From NCBI GenBank assembly GCA_964016885.1, contig OZ024742.1, positions 330,026,001-330,090,000 of the forward strand: 64,000 nucleotides of DNA, given 5' to 3'. Origin of the DNA: Eledone cirrhosa. Its lineage: Eukaryota. The position numbers and the translations under genes are program-made. Positions 43,425-59,000 of the stretch are shown here, piece by piece (positions within the stretch are counted from its first letter, which is position 1; each line of letters opens with the position of its first letter). A model generated the notes under the pieces. That model was not told the origin of the DNA. It ran no database searches and worked only from the letters and a program-made list of their open reading frames with translations.

Positions 43425-46400
43425 GAATGCCATGGTTGACAGAGGCTCGGCTCTATAAGGTATAGTATATTTTAACCGCTATAACAATTGTAAATTGTTT
43501 AAAACTTTAACCAAATTGTAGACAAAAACACCCTACTCTTCGTGAGAGGGGTCTTTCTGCCGGTTATTTGGCTTTTCGGGGTTAAATAACCGCTTATTAG
43601 GGTTTTGTGCCCAGAATTTATTTTAAACCCCCAAAAAACATGGCTACAAAAAATAATTTTCACAAGTCACTCCCACTCATTCCGTCTTCTTCTTCCTCAA
43701 TCGTCACTAAACCAGAGAGAAGATTGTCTCTCTCCCTCCCGTCTCTAAATGTATCTCTCTCCCTCCCTTCTCCTTCTCAAATGACGCCAGTAAAGAAAAA
43801 GAAAAATATAATTTCTGATAGTTGCCAAGAGCACGTGCAAAACGTGGAACATTTCTCCACGACGACGACAACGACGAAAAATGTGTGCGGTAAATACGAA
43901 ATCCATTTCATTCCTCTGACGTCATGAATAATAGCAGTACCAGCCGTAATAACAGCAGCAGCAGCAGCAACAGTGACAATGAAAACAACAGTAGCAGCCG
44001 CAACAGCATCAGCAGCAGCATAAACAATAACAGCATTAGCAGTAACAGCAACAACAACAGCAGCAGCAGCAACAACAGCGGCGGCGGTAGTAACAGCAGC
44101 AACAACAAAAGTAACAGCAGCTCTGACGACGACAACAACAACAACAACAACAACAACAAAGAAAAACCAATCTCCTTTGCTGGTATCGCAAAAACCAGGA
44201 AACCATCCTTAAAACAAATGAGGAATTACAGGAAGCAAAGAAGATGGTGACGAAAACCTCACACCGAGCAATCTGCAAGGCAGCTGAAATTTTTTTCGAA
44301 ACCCAACAGCACTGTACGGTCACGTACCGTACAGTAAGCACAAAATCCCGTCGGGAAAAAGAGCCACAGAGGCTCAAATATAAAAAGCCTTATTGTCTGT
44401 GTGGCAGCGAAAAACGCATATCACTCGAGGCAAGAAATATGCCACCGTGCACGTGATTTTTTGCCACAGCCCAGGAGGCAAAGGCTCAATCCTTAGTGAC
44501 CCTAAGGAGCGAGGAAATGGTGTATGTGCCTTCGTACTGCGGACAAAAAATTGTGAGGGTCAAACTGACCCACGCCCCCCACCCCCCCGGGATGGCCCTT
44601 TCTTGGCTGGCCGCGTCTGTCCTCGTCGGAATTGAGGAAAAAACAACTGTACTGAAAGTACAGAAAAGAGTACGAGAAGATTGGGTCGGCACCTCCATTG
44701 AGATGTTAATCCAAACTAACCAGGAGTGCATCGAAGCTATCACGGATGTGATAGACTTCGATAACGGCACTCAACTGCCCATAAGTGTTGAGGGCAAACG
44801 CCCGAAATGCTAACGCTGAGGATCGAAGACTCACCTCAGGGCCTTCTGCAATGAGAAGACCTTGAGAACGGAGAAAAAAACCCTCCTTCCGAAACCGCCT
44901 CCACTGCTACCAGCAACAGGGCAGACCCCAACCAGGAGGGATAGGTCCGTGGCACCCATACACACGCCACGGAAATCAAGAACAACATCAGCAGTGGAAG
45001 TATTAACAACAACAATAACAAATCCAACTGCAGTGCAAAAGCGACTCTACTGCAAACATCACCAACAACAAGTGAAAGAGTGGAGCTGCTACCCCTCCCC
45101 AACCTCACAGAATTGGACATGGAGTGTGAGTGGGAGAGGTATGGCAACAGGTCGCAAGAAGGCACAAACGTAGAAGCAGCGCATCGTCGCCTTCGAAAAG
45201 GGAGGAAAGAAACGAAAAAAGGGTAAAGGCTACTGCAAAGAGACTTAGAGCAGCAACACCACCAACGCCATCACCACCCACACTAGCACCACCATGACCA
45301 CCGGCAGCAACCGCTTCGCCAACAACAACAACAATACCTTCAACACCACCACCACAAGCACCAACATCGGAAACACAACAAAACACACACACCCAGCAAC
45401 AAACGACTAGAAAATAGCAGAATGACACCCCACACCCAGAAAAACAAATGCACAGCAATAAATACACACAAAAAGAAACTAATGACTTACATAATTGAAC
45501 ACACAGACATTTTACAGCACGACTACATAATACCAGTACCAATCAAAACACCAACGAACATAAGACTGGGAAGAATAGCACAGAAAGAATACACAAACAT
45601 TAAAACGAAATTCCCCAACGCAGTTGGTGATTTCAGAGACCTAGGAGGGACACTCAACCGGAGAGTATATTCGGATATACTCTCAGAAGTGCCGACGACC
45701 AGCAGAAGGGACGATTCATCGGTCCCTTCACCAGACGATCAAGTGAATCGGGATGGAGAAACCATCCTTCCTCTGCGAGAAGTAAGGTACGTGGTCTTTC
45801 CCATCTTTTCCCCTCCATTTCAACATGACCTCATTCAGAATAGGCAGCATAAATGCGCGTCGCTTGGGGTCTCCATGGAAGCAAGGCCACCTGCTCAACG
45901 ACTCAGGTCACTAAACATAGATGTAGTGGCCATCAGCGAGACCAGAACCTCCGAAGCACGGGCCTTCGCACCGATCTTCGCACGCATCTCCCAGCCGTCC
46001 TGGATCGGGGGGGGGGGGTTGCTGTGCTTTTTCGGAGAGGTTTGGATCTCGCCATACGGGCCATCTTCCTGGACCCCGAAGGTAAGTTGGTGGAGCTGGA
46101 AGTGACCAGCGGAGAAGGGCAAGCTTTTAGGCTAGTGGCAGTATATGCCCCGACAGGAGCAGAGCGGCCTGATTTCTCCCGGCGTCTGGAGACCTTTCTA
46201 GGAACATCCCGCTCTTTAGTGAGCGTGGGCGTCTGGAACGGGATCTTTGATGCACGCTGATACTGTGTAGGATTAGCGGATAGGGGTGGAGGGTGCAATA
46301 GCCTCACCAAGCTGCTCAGGCGTTTTGATCTGTTTGACAGGTAACGATTGGATTTTCCGACCGTGCCAATGTAGACTTGGACAAATCGCATCGGTTCAAC

Positions 46401-46868
46401 CAGATCATATCTTGATAGAGTATTTTGTAGGGCAATAGATAGGTCTAGCATAAGCTGTCTACAATTCAAGATAGTCAGCTACACGGACCACAAATTCGTG
46501 ATACGTGTGCTTGACTTAGATAAGCTTCATAGACGAGTACCCGGCTACTGGAAGCTAAACGCCTCCTTACCTGCGTGCAAGGCCTACAGAGATCGTATTA
46601 GCGAACCAGTTAAGCGGGCGTTGACGGGGGACATCGTCAACAACAAATGGTGGTTTCCTCTGAAAAGAGCGATTAGAATAGAGTCCGTTAGGTTTAGTAA
46701 GGCTTTAGCAATAGAGAAAAATAGAGCAGAGGGAGAACTAGTTAGACAATTAGACGAGGCGCTTAGCAAAGGCATTGCGACCGACGTACTTGCGGCGAAG
46801 TGGCCCTTGACCAATTCTTCAATGAAACGCACGAAGGCTGCGTTGTCAGAGCTATGGTGCGTGCTCTC
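43425..46868 (+). mobile_element. Tx1/L1-like LINE, 5'-intact: ORF1 + APE endonuclease, RT missing
   Basis: IGSINAR, DVVAISETR, VAVYAP, TDHK, GYWKLNASL; frameshifts. Confidence 0.87.
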
Positions 46869-49800
46869 AGTCACGACGGTCAGGCGGTAGTAGATGACGG
46901 ACGCGATGTACGCGTTAGCCACCTCCGCTCGACCTTTCAGGGATAGCTTCCTCTCCGCCCATTTCTGGGTGAGAGAAGCCACTCTGCTCGTCACCTCGTC
47001 CCAGATTTTGTCCGTCTGGAGGTCCGGAACGAACGAGACCCCTAGCAACTTAACCGGTCCGTCCGTCCAGCTCCCGACGACGCTGTTGGACGGCGTGGAC
47101 CTGCCTCTCCAGGTGCCGAGCTGCAGGCCCACTGACTTTTCCTGGTTGATCATTGCTCCTGTCAGCACTTCGTATTCTATTAGTGTAGTGCCGATGATCT
47201 CGTGTGTTTGGCGTTCGACAGTTCTACGGTGACATCGTCCTCATATGCTGACACGGAACTTCTGCATCCTAGTTCGGGCGGGACCACCTTCAACGCCTCC
47301 AGTTTGTGCAGTAATAGCTCGAGAGTCAATACGTACAAGAGGGACGAGAGGCGACATCCATGGCGGACCGAAAACATGATGTTGAACGGTTCCGAAAGGT
47401 GACCGTTCACTCTTACCACAAAGCAGGTGTCGCTGTGCATGGCAGCGATCCAGCCTCTGAAGACGGGCCCAAAGCCAGCCGCCTTCCGGACTGCCGCTAG
47501 GTAATGATGGTCGACCCTATCGAAAGCTTTTGATTGATCTAAATTGATTAAGGACCCACCCGTACCAGGTTCCCTAGCTACCCTCTCTACGATGTATCGC
47601 ATGAGGTGGAGGTTGTCGTGGATGGATCTGTCGAGAATGGCGCATGTCTGCTCCTCTCCCACCAGACCACCAACGACAAGCGCCAACCTCTTTGCTAGCA
47701 CCTTGACCAAAATCTTGAACTCTGTGTTTAGCAGAGTTATGGGCCTGACATTTTCTATGCCCCTTGTTCGGATCCTTTCTCAGCAGCGCCACCGCTCCTC
47801 GGCTCACAAATTGGGAATTCTCCCGTTCTGTTGCCAGTTGCAGCAGACGTCTGACAAGAGGCCTCATAACAAGTCTGGAATCTGTACGTAAAGTTCATAG
47901 GCAGACCATGAAAACAAGGAGATTTACCCATTGTGCAGCCAGTCATTGCCTCCCGTACTTCAGCGGCTGGTATCAGCTTTTCGCAACACTCTGCCTCAGT
48001 GGCCGAGTGGGGCGGCAGACCGTCGAGGTAGACACTAAAGTCCATCCCTCGATCCGGCCCGCCGCTGCCCCGAACAGCTGAACGAAGTGTCGCTGAAAAG
48101 CTTCACACATTTGCCCGGGATCGAGTAGCATGCGCTTACTAAACCTAATGGACTCTATTCTCATCCCTCTTTTCAGAACAAACCACCACTTATTGTTGAC
48201 GATGGCCCCCGTAAACGCTCGTTTAACTAGTTCGCTAATCCGGTCACTGTAGTCCTTGCGCGCTGGTAAGGACGCGTTTAGCTTCCAGTAGCCGGCTCCT
48301 CGTCTATGAAGCCTATCTAAGTCAAGCACACAGATCACGAAATTGTGGTCCGTGTAGCTGACCCTCTTGAATTGTGGACAGTCTATCTATTTCCCTACAC
48401 AATACTCTATCGAGTCTATCTATTTCCCTACAAAATACTCTATCAGATATGATCTGGATTACCCGATGGGGTTTGTCGAAGACCACATTGGCACATTCGG
48501 GAAATCCAATCGGTACCTGTCAGACAGTTCAAAACGCCTGAGCAGGTTGGCGAGGCTCTTGCACCCTCCTCCCCTATCCGCTAATCCCACATAGTCCCAG
48601 CGTGCATCTAAGATCCCGTTCCAGTCGCCCACTAACACTAAAGTGCGGGACGTTCCTATAAATATCTCCAGACGCCGGAAGAAATCAGGCCGCCCTGCTC
48701 CTGTCGGGGCATAGACGGCCACTAGCCTGAAAGCTTGCCCGTCTCCGTCGGTCACTTCCTGCACCACCAACTTATCTTCCGCGTCCAGGAAGATGGCCCG
48801 TATGGCGAGTTCCAAACCTCTCCGAAAAAGAACACCAACTCCGACCCCCCACCCCTACCCCGATCCAGGACGGCTGGGAGATGCTTACACCAGGTAGCTG
48901 CGCAAGATCGGTGCAAAGGCCCGAGCTTCGGAGATCTGGTATCGCTGATGGCCACTACATCTATGTTTAGTGACCTGAGGTCCTTGAGCAGATGGCCCTG
49001 CTTCCATGAAGACCCCATGCCACGCGCATTTATGCTGCCTATTCTGAGTAAGGTCATGTTGAAATGGAGTGGAGAAGATGGGAAAGACCACTTACCTTAC
49101 TTTTCGTAGTGGAAGGATGGTTTCTCCATCCCTTTCCACTTGATTGTCTGGTGAATCGTCCCTTCGGCTTGTCGTCGGCTCTTCTGTGAGTATATCCGAA
49201 TATACTCTCCGGTTGAGTGTCCCTCCTAGGTCTCTGACATCACCAACTGCGTTGGGGAATTTTATTTTGATGTTTGAGTATTGTTTCTGTGCTATTCTTA
49301 CCAGTCTTATGTTCGGTGGTGTTTTGATTGGTGCTGGTATTATGTAGTCGTGCTGTAAAATGTCTGTGTGTTCAATTATGTAAGTCATTAGTTTCATGTG
49401 TGTATTTATTGCTGTACATTTGTTTTTCTGGGGGTGGGGTGTGGTTCTGCTATTTTCTAGTCGTTGTTGCTGGGTGTGTGTGTTTTGTTGTTGTGTTTGC
49501 GATGTTGGTGCTTGTGGTGGTGTTGTTGAAGGTGTTTTTGTCGTTGGCAGAAGGGTTGCCGCCGGTGGTGATGGTGTTGCTAGTGTGGGTGGTGATGTTG
49601 TTGGACGTGTTGCTGCAGTAAATCTCTTTGCAGTAGCCTTTACCCTTTTTTCATTTCCTTCCTCCCTTTTCGAAGGCGACGATGCGCTGCTTCTGCATTT
49701 GTGCCTTCTTGCGACCTTTTGCCATCCCTCTCCCACCTCACACTCCATGTCCGATTATGTGAGGTCGGGGAGGGGAAGCAGCTCCACTCTTTCACTTGTT

Positions 49801-51436
49801 CTTGTTGGTGATGGTTGCAGTGGAGTATCTGTTGCAGCTGCAGTTGGTATTACCATTGTTGTTGTTAATACTTCCACTGCTGCTGTTGTTCTTGATTTCC
49901 GTGGCGTGGGTTTATTGGTGACACGGACCTATCCTTCATGCTTACCGCTTGTCCTGTTGCTGGTAGCAGTGGAGCCGGTATCGGAATGAGGGGGGTTTTC
50001 TCCTTGCTCAGGTACTTCTCATTGCAGAAGGCCCTGAGGTGAGTCTTCGACCACAGCGAAAGCATTTGCCCTCAACACCTATGGGCAGTTGAGTGCCGTT
50101 CTCGAAGTCTATCACATCAGGGATAGCTTCGAATCACTCCTGGTTGGTTTGAATTAACATCTCAATGTAGGTGCCTACCCAATCTTCTTTTACTTTTGTC
50201 TGTACTTGCAGTACAGTTGTTTTGTCCTCGATTCCGACGAGGACAGACGCAGCCAGCCTAGGGGGGGGGGGGCGTGGATCAGTTTGACCCTCTCAATATT
50301 TTTCCCGCAGTAGGAGGTCACCAACACCATGTCCTCGCTCCTTAGGGTTACTAAGGATTGAGCCTTTGCGTCCTGGGGTGTGGCAAAAAGCATATCCACG
50401 GTGACATATTTCTTGCCTCGGGTGATATGCGTTTTCCGCTGCCACACAGACCCTACGGCTTTTTGTATTTGAGCCTCTGTGGCTCTTTCAACCCTACGTG
50501 ATTTGGGGCTTACTCTACGATACGTGACCGTACAGTGCAGTTGGGTTTCGAAAATGTTTTCGGCTGCCTTGAAAATTGCTCGGTGTCCGGTGTTGGTCAC
50601 CATCTTCTTTGCTTCCTGTAATTCCTCATTTGTTATAAGGATGGTTTCCAGGTTCTTTGCGATACCTGCAAACGAGATTGTTTTTTCTTTGTTGTTGTTG
50701 TTATCGTCAGAGCTGCTGTTACTTTTGTTGTTGCTGCTATTACTATGACCACCGCCGCCGCTGTTGCTGTGGTTGTTGTTGTTGTTGTTGCTGCTGCTGC
50801 TGTTGTTGTTGTTGTTGTTGTTGTTACTGTTGCTGCAGCTGCTGTTGTTGTTTATGCTGCTGCTGATGATGTTGCGGCTGCTACTAGTGTTTTCCTTGTC
50901 ACTGTTGCTGCTACTGTTATTACGGCTGCTGCTGCTATACTTCATGACTTCAGACGAATGAAATGGCTTTCCGTATTTACCGCACACATTTTTCGTCGTT
51001 GTCGTCGTCGTGGAGAAATGTTCTACGGAATGCACGTTCTCTTGGTGAAATCTACCAGAAACTATATTTTTCTTTTTCTTTAATGGCGTCGCTTGCGAAA
51101 GAGGCGACACCATATTTAGAGAAGGGAGGGAGAGAGACAATCTTCTCTCTGATGTAGTGACGATTGAGGAAGAAGAAGACGGAATGAGTGGGAGTGACTT
51201 GTTAAAATTCTTTTTGTAGCCATGTTTTTTTTTGGTTTAAAATGAATATTGGGCACAAAACCCCAATAAGCGGTTATTTCACCCCGAAGTGCGAAATAAC
51301 GGGCAGAAAACCCCTCTCACGAAGAGGAGGGTGTTTTATCTACAATTTGGTTCAAGTTTTAAACAATTTACATTTGTTATAGCGGTAAAAAATTACTATA
51401 CCTTACAAAGCCGAGCCTCCGTCAACCATGGCATTC
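46869..51436 (-). mobile_element. Tx1/L1-like LINE, 5'-intact: ORF1, APE, RT; internal and 3' deletions
   Basis: VGDWN, GYWKLNASL, LDQSKAFDRVDH, AYEDDVT, LSLKGR; homologous to the plus copy. Confidence 0.88.
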
Positions 51437-52599
51437 AATAATAATAATAATAATAAATCGTCCTTATAACATAATTTTCTTCATTAAAATAACAGACCAC
51501 ATGTGTAAATAAAGAAAATGAATATCAGCCGCACCATTACTCAAAAGAAAAACAATATATCTAAGTAACAAACTCTATTGATTTTATTACACATACATGT
51601 TTTATAATTACAACGAAAAATGTACACAAAACAAACATGCAGATATACAGACTTTCGCTCTTTGAACTTAAAGAAAAAAACTATTTGAAGAAGAGAAACA
51701 GTCGTAGATCGGACGACGCACGTTGCTTATTTCGAGGAGTAAATTTTGTCTAATTTGGTATTCCTTAACACGAAAATTCGACAAATTATTTCACCACTTA
51801 TCTCTACAAATAATCTAACACTAGTTGTAAGAACTGCATAAATATTTTTATATATTTACACATTACAATCGCTGTTTACATATTATTTGAAGAAAAGAAA
51901 CAGATATAGGTCGGAAAACACACTGTTTATTTTGGGGGAAAAGTTCTGTTTAATCAAACATCCGACTAATTACTTTGCAATCACCTATATGGCTGAAGAT
52001 GTGAAAGGTGCATATATATTTTTAAATATTTCCCCAATATAATTTCTTTTTTTTTACATTTTGGTTGATTGTGGCTAAATTTCAGATTTTTAAAGGAAAA
52101 TGGACAGTTGAAAAATCACTTCTATCTCACACCACCACATTCACAACCAGTTCCTCGCACATTCACACCAGTAAATCCCCAATCTATTTTTAGACAACTG
52201 TCACTGACTGCTACCTACTTCCCTTCTCAGTGTCTAATGTGTATAGATATATATATATATGCGTGTATATACATACGTGTGTATAAGCATTCACGTGTGA
52301 ATGTATATTTATGTATGTGTATGGTGTCCACATAAAGGACAAAACAAAGGGGAAGAAAAAAGAATACTAGCACCCTATTTACACCTCAAACTCAAAAGAG
52401 ACAGAAAATAACATCGGAGAAGCAACTCCTATAAGCTACAATGTCACACTGCGCACTACCACTCCCAGCACCCCACCCCAGCATTAATCACCACTCACAC
52501 CACAAGAACAGTTGAGAAAATGCTCGCACACCTCTTACAGCTGCAACCTTAACAATATCACCTCAATCGACAACAGCAATGACCATAACTATACTGTTA

Positions 52600-55500
52600 T
52601 ACTAGTAATACTGATCTCAGTGCCAATCAGCAAATGCACTACCCAAAGAGCCGGGCAACTTTCTATGTACGTCCAATACCATGCGTAACGCAAGCATGTA
52701 CTGCGAGATGAACAAATAAAAATTAATACACAATACCAAATCGCTTTTCCTATGGTTAATAAGGAAGCGCGTCCCTCAGGAAGGTGCCAACATGAGATCG
52801 AAAACTCCTCCTCTGGCACAAACTCTTCTCCAATTATGGACCTGGATGGTCACTTGATCGGGAATTGCCCCAACTCGAGCCCTCCAGATCCACCACCCAA
52901 ACCACTTCATAAAGAAAAACCTAAAAGGATGAAATGGATCCGAGAACAGTATAAAGAAGTATGATATGCATATTACTATGCATTAGGTAAGCCATCACAA
53001 GACAGACACACTTTAAACTCTTACACAATCTGGAAAACTCGGAATCAAGCTAGCAGACGTGATATGGATGGAAATAAATTAGAAAATGTATGAAGGTATA
53101 TCTTCAGAAATATTAGACACTGAACTAACTGCGATCAAGCAGGTTGTGGAGAATGACATAAATATAAATGATGAAAGAACTGAATAATCTCCTGGAGATA
53201 GTAACCAGTCACAAGTCTTTACTGCAAGACCTCCATTTGACCAAATCACAAACAGGTTTGTAGAAATGAGAAGCCCTATTGCACCCGCTGAAAATAGCAA
53301 GGAGAGGCACTTAGAAACAGTAATTGAAAACCAAACATCTGAACACAGGTAAACTATGAAGGAATTAAAGCACAACATACTGAATGAGCTTGCAGTAGTA
53401 AGACATTCCAGTATGAATAAAACAGAACCACTTCACAAACACCCAAATACAATCCAAAATCGAAAACAAATAATGATTGGTAATTCTGTGACAAAAGAAA
53501 TCATAGAAGAACTAGAACCTCGTCTTACTGAGTTAAATGAAATCATTTATGCATCTGCTATAGTAATTGAAACAAGTTGTTTACCACCAAAAACAACAAT
53601 AAAAGTCGCACCTTCGAGGTAAACCAATTTGGAAGAGTAGAATCGAAAAGGAGATTGACGTAATGAGAGGAGAAATATCTTCATTGAGTGAGTTAACCAC
53701 TGGAAATTATATAAGATCCAAGAAGGTAAGAAAGATAAAGAGAAAATATGGACTCTCTTCTAGAGAAGCAATAGTTTCAACAAAAGAATCTCTGAAACAA
53801 AAAGTCCAAGTAAAAGCCCCACCGTCCATAGAAGAAGTTGAAAACTTCTCGAGTAAGATTTTGAGTGATAAAGAAGACATATAATGCTAATGTAGATTGG
53901 ATTAGTCGCCTGGAAAAATCCTACACAAATTTAGAAGAACAGGCGTGGGAAGACATCTCTATAGCGGACTTAAGGTCAGCACTCAATAAATCTCATGAAA
54001 GGAAATCTCCTGGTAGAGACAGGGTGCCACATTTCTGGCTTTCCTCACTCCCGTGCACTCACAATATATTGGTCAAGCTGTTTAATGAATTATGAAAGAT
54101 CCCAAAAATGCACCTGATTGGATAGCAAGTGGCATTACCTACCTTCTACCAAAGAACAACGAAACCAAAGATCCAAAAAACTATCGGCCATAACCTGCTT
54201 GTCCACCACTTATAAACTATTAACCTCTATTCTGATGGAAAAAGCATACGTGTTTTTGGAGGAGAACAATATTTTCCCCATTGAATAAAAAGGGTGCCGA
54301 CGAGGAGGTTCATGTGGTTGCAAAGATCAACTTTTGATTAATCGTATGATACTTGAGAACTGTCATAATAAACACAGAAATCTCATTTCTGCATGGATCG
54401 ATTATAAAAAAGCCTTTGACTCATGGATTCTGAGGTCACTGGACATCTTCAAAATCTCACCTGTGAACTCAAACTTCATGAAACACAATATGTCATTATG
54501 GAACACAAATCTCCAATTCACTCCTTCCACTGTGGTATATTCCAGGGTGACTCAATTTCACCCTTGCTTTTCTGCATAGCTTTAATAACCCTTACATTCA
54601 AACTTAATAGAACAGGGTACAGTTATAGAATTGGCAACAACAAAATAAGCCAACTATTTTATATGGATGATTTGAAGCTATATTGCAAAGATAATGACGC
54701 AGTGGAAGGTCTTTGCGAACAGAAAAAACGTTTAGCAATGACATCAGGATGGAGTTTGGACTTGACAAGTGTGCAAAAGCCACTTTCAACAAGAGGAAGT
54801 TTGTCAACTCAGACTCAGTTGAATTGGATGCTGAAACAAACTTGAAGGAACTTGAGCAGGAACAAACCTATAAATACTTAGGGATTAATGAGGGCTCTGG
54901 CATGCAACATGCAAGTATGCAAGAGAGGATAAGCAAAAAATGTTACAAGGGAATACGTGCAGTTCTGAGATCAGAACTAAACGCTCGTAACAAGGTGCTA
55001 GCCAGAAATTCCTTGGCAGTCCCAGGTGTCACTGATAGCTTCGGTTTGTTGAACTGGAATAAGAGTGAAATCAAAAGAATAGACACCAAAGTCCGTAAGC
55101 TCCTGACCTGTAATAGGATGCACCACCCAAAAGCAGATGTCGATCGTGTTTACCTTCCTAGAACTCAGGGAGACCGGGGCCTGAGCCAATTTGAACTTGC
55201 TTAGAAGACCACCATTATTGGACTGGTCAAATACCTTGAAACAACTAACGACTGTATGTTGAAACTTGTTGAAAAGCATGAGAGAAGTAAGAAGCTTCAT
55301 TCTATCTTGAAGGAGAGCAAAAAATATGCTACTCATCTCATTCTTGATACCCAGGCTAGACAGACTAAAGAAACTGCTGCAACTTATGCTGCTAGGCACA
55401 TACAATCATTGGCAAAAGCAAAATGGCAAAGACAATTAGCATCAAATTGTGAGCAGCAACCTCTGCATGGCAAATATGTGGCCCGTAGCAAACAAGCTGA

Positions 55501-56085
55501 TGTGACCAAAAGCCCACCCATCAATGGCTACGTAGTTCAGGGCTAAAGGCGGAGAGTGAAGGCTTCATCTTAGCTGCCCAAGACCAAAGCTTATTGACTC
55601 GTAATTACCAGGCCAATGTGATGAGAAACAGAATAAACCCAAAGTGCCGATTCTGCAATGCTGGTATTGAAACAGTAAATCACTTAGTCTCTGGATGTAA
55701 AGTTACAATACCAGTGATTGTGGGAGGACTGGGAATGATCAAGAAAGGAACAGAACAATATTTGCGAATGATTCCTGGTTTACTCTCTCTGCACGAGGTG
55801 CAAACAGTTGTTTTGACTGGTATTGCACACGTTAAGAGAAGAACACTATCTCTGAACGATTGATATCCCTTTTTGTATGTACACATGCATATGCACATGT
55901 CTATATATGTATACTGTTTGTTTTTTTTGTTGTTTTTAATTATAATGAATGTGCTGTATTAACTGGCTTACCAATGCACACTTTGAATTTATTTGCCCTA
56001 GGTGTCAGGAAGACACTCGGCATATATCTCAGAAATAATAATGAAATAAAACAAAACAACAACAACAACAACAACAACAACAATA
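52600..56085 (+). mobile_element. Degenerate R4/Dong-like RLE-type non-LTR retrotransposon
   Basis: RMKW, KSPGRD, AWIDYKKAFDS, GIFQGDSISP, YMDDLKLY, AAQDQ, CRFC..ETVNHLVSGC, IPVIVGGLG; (AAC)n/(AAT)n tail. Confidence 0.87.
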
Positions 56086-59000
56086 ATTGTTTCAACTACT
56101 TTTACATCAATTTGAAAATCGAAATATAAGAAAAATAGAAAACCTGTTTACTGGCAATTCAATAAATCATCGATAATAAGTTCCTTTTAACATTTCTGAG
56201 TTCATATGAGAGCATAAGTTATTATATGCATGCCACGTGAAGAAGTTACTGAAGATATGTTGAGATTTTGACAGGTTTCTAAGCTACAACATTTCTATGT
56301 GATAATCTGACATCGTCTATCTTCTGGTTAGTTTATATACGTTGATATTGCTGAACGTCAAGCACATCAGATTTAAAATAAACTGTTTTACAAGGTTCAG
56401 AAATTTAAATTTGATTTTCACCATTTCGGGCTCTATAAATAAGAACACATGTTGGTGGATGGCTGAATTATGAAAGAGCTACAGAGGAGGATTTGCGGTA
56501 TATATGTCGCCACAGTAGCGTTTTAAGTTCAAATAGCGATTCCTTCTGCCAGGCGCAGATATGAAGAGATTATTTCAGCAAGATGAAAACAAATGGAGTA
56601 TGTTTTTGATTGGTCCTCCGTAACAATCGGATCTTTTAAATTTGTTTTTACAATGACTAATTTGTCATGGAATTGCTTGAGATAATAGCGTTCAGATTTG
56701 TAACACATCTATAAGAAAATACATCATGATAATTTGCTTTGGAGTTTCATTATCACCGATATACATATAGCAGTTCTTTTGCTGATTGCATGTAGCTTAA
56801 CCTGGAATGATATGTTGCACATTATATCCAGCACATAGAGAAGTGCTAAACTATTGGCGGGACGATTTGTGTGTTCCATTAAACATATTTCCAGATTTGT
56901 ATACAAGATTAGAAATAGATATTTAATCTCTGGGTAGACTTGATCGCGTATGCCTAAGGTTTTTCAGTCATAGCATTTACTTCTTTGATTTTGGACGTAT
57001 CCCTAACGCTGCATTTTCTAATATGCTCTACGTTTCTGATAAGTTCTTATTTGAACGGTATTTAACAGTTATTACCTTCGACATCAGGAAATAAGGAGAG
57101 TCTGCCATATTGGCTCGTTCCCATATTTTGGACCGGTGATGTGTTTATTTAATGGAAACTCCAGAATAAGATGTGTCGCATGAATTCGATTTAAGGTAAT
57201 AACATTTTACCATGCATTCCATAATTCTACATTTCGGTTCCTTAGAAAAGAATCCTACGATGGGGCAAGTGTACAATGTTGATTCGATTTATAGATTCAG
57301 TTTGAATGTTGTAGATAAGGCATACTATATTATATGGTGAAGAATCAGGCAGGGTATGTCATTGACAAAATTGGCAAATAAACAGTACAGTTTTCATAGA
57401 GTCAAGATCAGCTGATATATGTGCAGCTCTTGTTTAGCCATAACATATGCACCACATTCTCGCAAATGAAATTATTCCTGCATAGTTTGGCAGACTTTCA
57501 GACAAATTGAAAGCTTAGAGCCGAAGATGAGGGATGTCCATTCCATTTTCAGGATAATAAAATCAATTGAACGAAATGAATACATAACGCCACAATTCAA
57601 TAGGCATCCACAATATTTTCATTGAATCTATTGTCCTTTTCATTTTAAAACATTTGTATATTTTATATTCTTGTAAATATTAATTCGTGTAAATTGTTTT
57701 AAATAGTTCAACGTATCCTTTTCAGGAAGATATATTTGAGTAATCAATAAAAAAACATTTATACAGTTTATGTATATTTGTTCTTTTGCATTCTGAAACA
57801 ATTCAGTATATTGTTAATTTTCATAAATATATATTTGCCTCTTCTCTTGTGAGACAACGCTATCTTCCAGGTAAGTACCACATCTATTGTAGTATGTCAA
57901 AAACATTTCAATATATCTCGTCTAGATCTAAGCTAACTTGAATTAATGAAAGATATAAAATCATCGATAACCATTTGTATACCAGCAGCCTCCTAATTGT
58001 TGACTACCTTAGTTATGTGATAAAAAGGTAAGCAGTTTTATTTGTGGCTCATATGTGTGTGGCATTTCAATGCATTGGTTTTAGTTTAAGTATCATTGCA
58101 TTACTATTTTAGTTATGTTTTTCACTTTAATAATTACCTTGATTGATATTCTCTCTGAGTATGTTGCTTTTCTAATATAAGGTTTTCTTGAAAGAAAAAA
58201 AATAATTAATACACATGTAGGCTGTCTTAATTCATCTCCACATTTGGTTTTTCGTCGCTATTTATAAATCATGTATTTCATACGAATTACTTTTCCTATT
58301 TAACAAAATAACTTACTTTTTTAGATTTCCTTGAGAAATCATTTACTTTGGGTACCCATTCGCTTTATTTATTTTGTTTCGTCCTTTGTCTTTTGTATAG
58401 TTGTAACGCTATGGATTTGTATATTTGAACAGAATGAGTCTTTCTTCAATTTTACCATGGCTACAGGAGAAGATTATATAGTTTGCGCACATATGTTTTA
58501 TCAATACATTATCTATAAAACACATGTAAAAGTATATGCTATACCCCCCCCCCCCCTGGGGAGGGGGGGGGGGGGGGCATTTGTTTAATCTTGGATGCTT
58601 TCTCTAGAACCATGTTCGTTGATTGTCTTATTTTGTAGACTTTATTATTTAAGTTAGAATTGGCTATTTAGCAATGCTGCTCCTGTATTAATGCCTGTAT
58701 GATATCTAGATAATGCTCTGTCAGATAAGGATATTCAAATACTTTCATTTGAGTTCCAATTGTTCATCGTAAGAATTCCCATTGTTATCATATCACTCTT
58801 TGATTGCTTGTTATGTTAATTCCATGTGTGGTTCATTCGCGTTAGTTTACATGTGTTTCCAGTCTTTATTTTTATATATTTGTTTCTAATTTTTATATAA
58901 TTTCTGTGTTTTGAGGTTTTATATATTTTGAACGAACTGCATTCTTCGTGCTAATATTATGGTTTGTAATAAATGAACTTATTTGTCTTTAACCTGTTAA

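Noticed and set aside
43425-43520. HDV-like ribozyme at the LINE 5' end
   Set aside because: Could not build the nested double pseudoknot by eye.
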